A stretch of DNA of 27,561 bases, from positions 1 through 27,561 of the forward strand of contig JAJZEL010000078.1 in assembly GCA_021828575.1 (NCBI GenBank). Direction: 5' to 3'. The DNA comes from Pseudomonadota bacterium. GTDB taxonomy: Bacteria > Pseudomonadota > Gammaproteobacteria > Burkholderiales > Ferrovaceae. The notes below the pieces were generated by a model that did no database searches, was not told the origin of the DNA, and saw only the letters and a list, made by a program, of their open reading frames with translations. The translations under genes were made by a program, and so were the position numbers. Below are positions 22,132 to 27,561 of the stretch, piece by piece (positions within the stretch are counted from its first letter, which is position 1; each line of letters starts with the position of its first letter).

Positions 22132-23208
22132 TCAGGCCATCACTTCATCCAGAAAAGGATAGTCCGTATAACCTTCCACCAGATTCTCCAGTCCGTAACC
22201 GTAAAACAGGTTCGGACGCTGGGCATTGAGCGATGCATTCCTGCGCAACCGCTCCGGCAGGTCAGGATTAGCGATGAACGTCTTGCCAAAGGAAATGGCA
22301 TCCGCATGCCCTGATGCCACTTCCTGCCGGGCGGTTTCAGGGGTGAACCCTTCGTTGGCGATCAACACGCCACCAAAACGTTTTTTGAGCTCAGGGCTGA
22401 TGCGGTCCTCGCCCAGGGATTCCCGAGTGAAGATGAACGCCACCTTGCGCCGGCCCAGTGCCTCGGCCACATACCCAAACGTGCCCAGCCGATTGGAATC
22501 ACCCATGGTGTGGGCATCGCCACGAGGCGCCAGATGAACGCCCACGCGATTGGCGCCCCACACACCTATGGCCGCGTCCGTCACTTCCAGCAGCAGTCGG
22601 GCACGGTTTTCCACACTGCCCCCATACTCGTCATCCCGCAAATTGGTGCTGTCCTGGAGAAACTGGTCCAGCAGGTAACCATTGGCCCCATGGATTTCCA
22701 CCCCGTCAAACCCGGCACGCAGGGCGTTTTCTGCCCCCCGACGATAGGCCTCCACGATGCCCGGAATCTCAGCCAGGGTCAGCGCCCTGGGAACCACGTA
22801 GTCACGCATGGGACGGAGCAGACTCACGTGCCCCTGGGGTGCCAGAGCGGAAGGTGCCACGGGAAGCTGCCCCCCGAGGAAGTCCGGATGGGACACCCGA
22901 CCCACGTGCCAAAGCTGCAGCAGGATGCGTCCACCCGTTTCATGCACAGCCTTCGTGACCTGCTTCCATCCCGCCACCTGCTCTTCCGACCAGATGCCGG
23001 GCGTGTCGGGATACCCCACGCCCATGGGATCCACTGAGGTGGCCTCGCTCAGGATCAGCCCTGCACCGGCACGCTGGGTGTAGTACTCCGCCATCAGCGC
23101 AGTGGGCACACGGCCTGCCCCCGAGCGACAACGGGTGAGGGGAGCCATGACGATACGGTTGGGCAGGGACCAAGCCCCCACCTGAAGGGGTGTGAACAGC
23201 AGATTCAT
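22132..23208 (-). CDS. nemA: Old yellow enzyme family alkene reductase (NemA/XenB-like), 358 aa
   Basis: AAGGAG RBS; NRIVMAPLTR, QLWHVGR, GFDGVEIHGANGYLLDQFL, DEYGGSVENRAR, FIANPDLPER, GYTDYP. Confidence 0.93.
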   Translation of the reverse strand: MNLLFTPLQVGAWSLPNRIVMAPLTRCRSGAGRVPTALMAEYYTQRAGAGLILSEATSVDPMGVGYPDTPGIWSEEQVAGWKQVTKAVHETGGRILLQLWHVGRVSHPDFLGGQLPVAPSALAPQGHVSLLRPMRDYVVPRALTLAEIPGIVEAYRRGAENALRAGFDGVEIHGANGYLLDQFLQDSTNLRDDEYGGSVENRARLLLEVTDAAIGVWGANRVGVHLAPRGDAHTMGDSNRLGTFGYVAEALGRRKVAFIFTRESLGEDRISPELKKRFGGVLIANEGFTPETARQEVASGHADAISFGKTFIANPDLPERLRRNASLNAQRPNLFYGYGLENLVEGYTDYPFLDEVMA

Positions 23209-23286
23209 GGAGATCTCCTTGCAAAGTCGTTCATCAACTTCGCCAATTATACCGCAGTGCAGCATCTGCTCCATTTGCCTCAAACC

Positions 23287-23313
23287 CTGAATCCAGTCAG
23301 GATTCGGTTTTTT
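23287..23313 (+). terminator. Intrinsic-terminator-like hairpin plus T6 in the 5' leader of the GH1 gene
   Basis: CTGAATCC-agtca-GGATTCGG (one G-U pair) followed by TTTTTT, ending 19 nt before ATG 23333. Confidence 0.4.
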
Positions 23314-23332
23314 CAACGGATACTGAAACCCC

Positions 23333-24676
23333 ATGCCCTCCTCCTACGGACGTCGCCGCTTCCTTGCCACCGGCAGCACCCTGCTGGCCTCCTCCCTGCT
23401 GGCCCGGACCGCTCAGGCTCAGGAAGAGCCCCCGGCCACTCACCCCTTTCCCAACGGGTTTCTCTGGGGTTCCGCTACGGCAGGGCACCAGGTGGAAGGC
23501 AACAACGTCAACAGCGACTCCTGGCTGCTGGAAAACATTCACCCTACCCTGTTTGCAGAACCCTCCGGTGATGCCTGCAACCACTATCACCTGTTTCCGC
23601 AGGACATTGCCCTGCTGGCCGATCTGGGACTCAACACCTTCCGATTTTCCGTGGAATGGTCCCGCGTGGAACCGGAGGATGGCATGATTTCCCATGCGGA
23701 GCTGGACCATTACCGGGCCGTGCTGGACACCTGCCACCAACATGGCATCCGGCCCATGGTCACGTTCAACCACTTCACCGTTCCGCGCTGGTTTTCCGGA
23801 CGCGGGGGCTGGGAACACCCGGACGCCGCGCTGGTGTTTGGCCGGTACTGCGATACCGTGGCCCGCGCCTTGGGCGATCGCATGGCTTTTGCCACCACCC
23901 TCAACGAACCCAACCTCACCAAGCTGCTCTTTGGCATTCCCGGCCTGCGCCAGTCCAAACTGGGCACGCACCTGGACCACGAAATAATCCGCAAGGCAGG
24001 CCAGATGATGGGAACCGGTCGCTTCTCCTCCTGGATATTCGGCGACCTGGAGCACATCCATGATGGACTGCTCAAGGCCCACAAGGCCGGTTACCAGGCC
24101 ATCAAATCCGTGTGGCCCAATCTGCCCGTGGGCGTTTCCATCGCCATGGAGGATGATCAGGCCATTGACGACGATGCCATTCCCATGCGCGACAAGAAAC
24201 GCCGCCTGGCCTATGAACCCTGGTTTGAAGCAGTGTCTTCCCATGGCGACTTTCTGGGAGTGCAGGCCTATTCGCGCTGCCGCATCGGCCCTGACGGCAT
24301 GTTGCCCCCCCAAAAGGGCGCGCCGCTCACCGACATGGGTTACGAGTTTTATCCCGAAGTCCTGGAAGGAGTGCTGCACTATACCCACGAGCATGTAAAA
24401 GTACCGCTGTACGTCACGGAAAACGGCGTGGCCACCACGGATGACAAGCGCCGCGTGGAATACATCCGGCGTGCCGTGACGGGTGTGGCCCGCTGCCTGC
24501 AGCAAGGCATCGATGTCCGCGGTTATGTCCACTGGTCATTGCTGGACAACTTCGAGTGGCTGGAAGGTTACCGTCCCCGTTTCGGTCTTGTGGCAGTGAA
24601 CCGGACCACCTTCGAACGACACCTGAAACCCAGTGCCACCTATCTGGGCCAGATCGCCCGTTCCAACAGCGTGTGA
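23333..24676 (+). CDS. Glycoside hydrolase family 1 (beta-glucosidase-like) with Tat signal
   Basis: GRRRFL twin-arginine leader ending AQA; FLWGSATAGHQVEG, FRFSVEWSRVEP, acid/base TLNEP, nucleophile VTENG, WSLLDNFEW. Confidence 0.95.
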   Translation: MPSSYGRRRFLATGSTLLASSLLARTAQAQEEPPATHPFPNGFLWGSATAGHQVEGNNVNSDSWLLENIHPTLFAEPSGDACNHYHLFPQDIALLADLGLNTFRFSVEWSRVEPEDGMISHAELDHYRAVLDTCHQHGIRPMVTFNHFTVPRWFSGRGGWEHPDAALVFGRYCDTVARALGDRMAFATTLNEPNLTKLLFGIPGLRQSKLGTHLDHEIIRKAGQMMGTGRFSSWIFGDLEHIHDGLLKAHKAGYQAIKSVWPNLPVGVSIAMEDDQAIDDDAIPMRDKKRRLAYEPWFEAVSSHGDFLGVQAYSRCRIGPDGMLPPQKGAPLTDMGYEFYPEVLEGVLHYTHEHVKVPLYVTENGVATTDDKRRVEYIRRAVTGVARCLQQGIDVRGYVHWSLLDNFEWLEGYRPRFGLVAVNRTTFERHLKPSATYLGQIARSNSV

Positions 24677-24687
24677 GTCTGGCGACC

Positions 24688-25878
24688 ATGCATGCATCAC
24701 GCAACCGGCATGTCCTCCTGCTGTCCCTGGTGATCCTGATGTTCTTCTGCTGGGGATTCGCCACCGTCCTGCTGGACACGCTGGTTCCCAAGCTGAAGAC
24801 CACTTTCTCGCTCACTTATGCAGAAGTGCTCCTGACCCAGTTCAGCTTTTTCCTGAGTTATCTGGTGTTCTCCATTCCTTCCAGCCATCTGCTGGCCCGC
24901 CTGGGCTACATGAACAGTCTGGTGGTGGGGCTGGGGATCATGGTGCTGGGTTGCCTGCTGTTTTTACCTGCCGTGGCACTGGGTCGGTTTCCCGGTTTTC
25001 TGGTGGCCCTGTTCGTCATGGCTGCAGGCATCACCCTGCTGCAAGTGACTGCCAACCCCCTCATCACCCGGCTGGGCGACCCGCAACGAGCGCATAGTCG
25101 GCTCAGTCTGGCCCAGGCTTTCAACTCCCTGGGAACCACCGTCGGCCCGCTGGTGGGCACGGCCCTGATCCTGCGTTCGCGTGGGCTGTCTGCCGTGGCC
25201 ACCCCCTTCATGCTCCTGTCCATGGGACTGACCGGGCTGGCCCTGGCCTTCTGGACATTGCGCCGCCTGCCTTCCATACCCCATACCGAACCCATGGCCA
25301 GCGGCAGCGCGTTGCGGCTGGTGACCCGCCCCCATTTTGCCCTGGGCATGCTGTCCATATTCGTTTACGTGGGCGCCGAAGTGTCCCTTGGTAGCCTGAT
25401 GATCAGCTACCTGATGCAACCATCGGTCCTCTCCATGAAAGCCCAGGAAGCCGGGCCCCTGGTGAGCTTTTACTGGGGAGGGGCCATGGTGGGGCGTTTT
25501 CTGGGTTCTGCCGCCCTGACGGTTTTTCCTGCCCGACGGGTGCTGCTGGCCTGCGCGGTTGCAGCCCTGTCGCTGGTGGTGGCCTCATCACTGACGACAG
25601 GGGTGGAGGCCGCCGTTTTCCTCCTGGCCGTGGGGCTGTTCAACTCCATCATGTTCCCGGTCATCTTTTCCCTGACCCTGGAAGGACTCGGCGAAGCTGC
25701 GCCTGAAGGGTCAGGCCTGTTGTGCCTTGCCATCGTGGGGGGCGCCATCATCCCTCCCCTGACCGGATTTGCCGCCGATCATTCCTCGCTGGCCAAAGCC
25801 CTGTGGATTCCCGTCACCTGCTATGCGGTCATTAGCGGGTTTGCCCTTATGGAGCGCCACCTGAACCGAATGACCTGA
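24688..25878 (+). CDS. MFS sugar permease, FucP/GluP (glucose/galactose/fucose) family
   Basis: LLQVTANP, LSLAQAFNSLGTTVGP, FVYVGAEV, YWGGAMVGRFLG, NSIMFPVIF, AIVGGAIIP. Confidence 0.93.
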   Translation: MHASRNRHVLLLSLVILMFFCWGFATVLLDTLVPKLKTTFSLTYAEVLLTQFSFFLSYLVFSIPSSHLLARLGYMNSLVVGLGIMVLGCLLFLPAVALGRFPGFLVALFVMAAGITLLQVTANPLITRLGDPQRAHSRLSLAQAFNSLGTTVGPLVGTALILRSRGLSAVATPFMLLSMGLTGLALAFWTLRRLPSIPHTEPMASGSALRLVTRPHFALGMLSIFVYVGAEVSLGSLMISYLMQPSVLSMKAQEAGPLVSFYWGGAMVGRFLGSAALTVFPARRVLLACAVAALSLVVASSLTTGVEAAVFLLAVGLFNSIMFPVIFSLTLEGLGEAAPEGSGLLCLAIVGGAIIPPLTGFAADHSSLAKALWIPVTCYAVISGFALMERHLNRMT

Positions 25879-25879
25879 T

Positions 25880-26884
25880 TCAGGCCGTGGCCGGGCGGTA
25901 GAACAGCCGTCCGGTGAACAGAAAAACCGCGAACACAGTCATGGCAAACAACAGGCTGCTGGCTGCAAGCTGCATGCCGCCTGATACGATGTGCCCCGAA
26001 GTGCACCCCCCTGCCGTGCGTGCGCCAAACAGCAGCAGAAAGCCGCCCAGAAATGCCCAGAAGAACCGTTTGCCCGGCGCAGCACCGTAGTATTGCTGCC
26101 AAAGGGCAGGCACGCTCGTGATCCGGAATTGCCCCTGCAACAGGGCAAGCACCAGCCCTGCCAGAAACGCCCCCACCAGAAACCACAGTTCCCAGGCGCC
26201 AGGACCGGCAATTTTTTCCCAATAGGAATGCGCCCCCACCCCCGTGAGACTCATGGCCACCAGCGGAAAGGCTGTGGATGCGCCCATGGGATGCCCCGCC
26301 ACCACCGGCAGATTCAGGATCGCGTTGAGCAGGGCCATGCCAACGGCCACGTACAGCCACTTCCAGTCAGCACCATAGTGTTTTTGAAGCATCAGGGCGA
26401 TGGCCATGAACAGGAAGGCTGCCGCTACGCTGCCCCCCCAGAACAGCCCGTTTCCCGCAGCGGCACTGCGCAGCGACACAGTGCCAAAATCCGGTCCCAG
26501 CAAGGGCTGCAGCACGGGATAGGACACGGCAAACGCCAGTGACCCCACCAGCCCTCCCACGATACCCACCAGGGCGTCCAGATTGCCTTGCCCCAGGGAA
26601 ATGGCCACGGTGCCGGGACAGTAGCCCAGAATGGCCATGCCCATGCCGAACAGGGCGCCTCCCGCCACAATACCCGTCAACAGCAGGGGCTTGATGTGAT
26701 AGTCACCCCACCCCAGAAAAATTTCTGCCTGCAGGAGCAGCACACCCAGCCCGATGGTGAAACTGATGGTTTTGGCGACCGTGAAATCGCGCAGCGTGGC
26801 CATGCCTGCGATGGTGTCGAACCGGTTCAGACGGGCAAATTGCAGAATGACGCCAAACACGAAACCCAACGCGACCGTTTCCAT
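25880..26884 (-). CDS. YeeE/YedE family sulfur-compound transporter (two fused halves), 334 aa
   Basis: GGALFGMGMAILGYCPGT and GGFLLLFGARTAGGCTSGHIVSG motifs; highly hydrophobic; GGAG RBS. Confidence 0.9.
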   Translation of the reverse strand: METVALGFVFGVILQFARLNRFDTIAGMATLRDFTVAKTISFTIGLGVLLLQAEIFLGWGDYHIKPLLLTGIVAGGALFGMGMAILGYCPGTVAISLGQGNLDALVGIVGGLVGSLAFAVSYPVLQPLLGPDFGTVSLRSAAAGNGLFWGGSVAAAFLFMAIALMLQKHYGADWKWLYVAVGMALLNAILNLPVVAGHPMGASTAFPLVAMSLTGVGAHSYWEKIAGPGAWELWFLVGAFLAGLVLALLQGQFRITSVPALWQQYYGAAPGKRFFWAFLGGFLLLFGARTAGGCTSGHIVSGGMQLAASSLLFAMTVFAVFLFTGRLFYRPATA

Positions 26885-26929
26885 ATTCACTCCAAGCATA
26901 AGCTTATAACGACATTAATATTATGACGA

Positions 26930-27561
26930 TTATAGCGCTTCTGCCTGATCTGGCTGCTCTCGAATTTCACCGCCCCGCGCCACACAAAACTGACGGCACC
27001 GGTCTTCATGTCGGTCAAAATGGGCCAGCACCCAGGCGGTTTTTGCATAGGCCGCTTCCAGTGACATGTCCTGCGCCGCCACCACCCCCCCTTGCAACGC
27101 TTCGTGCCCCACCGCATATTTGCCCAAATCCGTCACCCCCCTCAGGCACTGGCTGCGGGCCACGGCAAACCCGTTGTTCTCCCTGACCCACCGGACCAGA
27201 AGAGAGGCCACTTCCGGAGGCATGCCTCCCAAGCCATACACCTGCACCACCACCCCACGAAGTGTTTCGTCAGAAAGAAGCGCCTTGAGACGATGGGGCT
27301 GAAACCCGGGGTGCAAATGCACCACTTCCACTGCATCGCTGGCATCCGGCATGTATGACGGCTCCGATGCCCTGACCATCTCCGACCCGGATATCCTGCA
27401 AAACGCCTCCACGGCATACCCTGGGGCATTGATGCTATCGAACGCCTGCAGGGCCACGCTGTCCACCTTGCTGGCCCGCCCTCCCGCCAGTACCCTGCCT
27501 CCGAACACGACCCAGACTCCCGGAATGCCATGGGTTGCCACCTGCAAGGCATCGCGAAGAT
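26930..27561 (-). CDS. Type I L-asparaginase / glutaminase-asparaginase, C-terminal part (N-terminus outside the window)
   Basis: The frame is open to the window edge (LRDALQVA). Motifs GGRASKVDSVALQAFDSINAP, GVVVQVYGLGGMP, RSQCLRG, YAVGHEAL and DMSLEAAYAK fit the asparaginase C-terminal half. The catalytic N-terminal motifs are not visible. Confidence 0.82.
   Translation of the reverse strand, partial: LRDALQVATHGIPGVWVVFGGRVLAGGRASKVDSVALQAFDSINAPGYAVEAFCRISGSEMVRASEPSYMPDASDAVEVVHLHPGFQPHRLKALLSDETLRGVVVQVYGLGGMPPEVASLLVRWVRENNGFAVARSQCLRGVTDLGKYAVGHEALQGGVVAAQDMSLEAAYAKTAWVLAHFDRHEDRCRQFCVARGGEIREQPDQAEAL

Noticed and set aside
23297-24532. 411-aa - strand ORF
   Set aside because: Antisense to the GH1 gene; no RBS or motif support.

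Overview
Gene-dense window from a diderm proteobacterium. The sequences look betaproteobacterial, but that assignment is inference only. Left part (1-11984): one co-oriented minus-strand run urtA-urtB-urtC-urtD-urtE-fmdA-fmdB-amiE-ureD-ureA-ureB-ureJ-ureC (urea/short-chain amide uptake plus three ammonia-releasing hydrolases), with a divergent FmdC-like porin. Two lesions are visible in this run. A G10 tract (G9 expected) frameshifts ureC inside the EGAGGGHAPD motif, and an in-frame TAA cuts off the last 23 codons of urtA. Middle (12384-17409): a hybrid histidine kinase with an HD-GYP response regulator, followed by a fragmented RloB/AbiLii-like pseudogene that the ORF track shows only in part. 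Next (17485-23208), on the minus strand: an OYE-family reductase, an unknown exported protein, katG, oxyR and an unknown beta-barrel protein, with an OxyR-like box upstream of katG. Right part: a Tat-exported GH1 glycosidase with a FucP/GluP permease, a YeeE/YedE sulfur-compound transporter and the 3' part of an L-asparaginase. I saw no rRNA, tRNA, CRISPR array or transposase. The best novelty candidates are the katG-oxyR-beta-barrel arrangement with two uncharacterised envelope proteins, the possible poly-G switch in ureC, and the defence-gene remnant. None can be confirmed as new without database searches.
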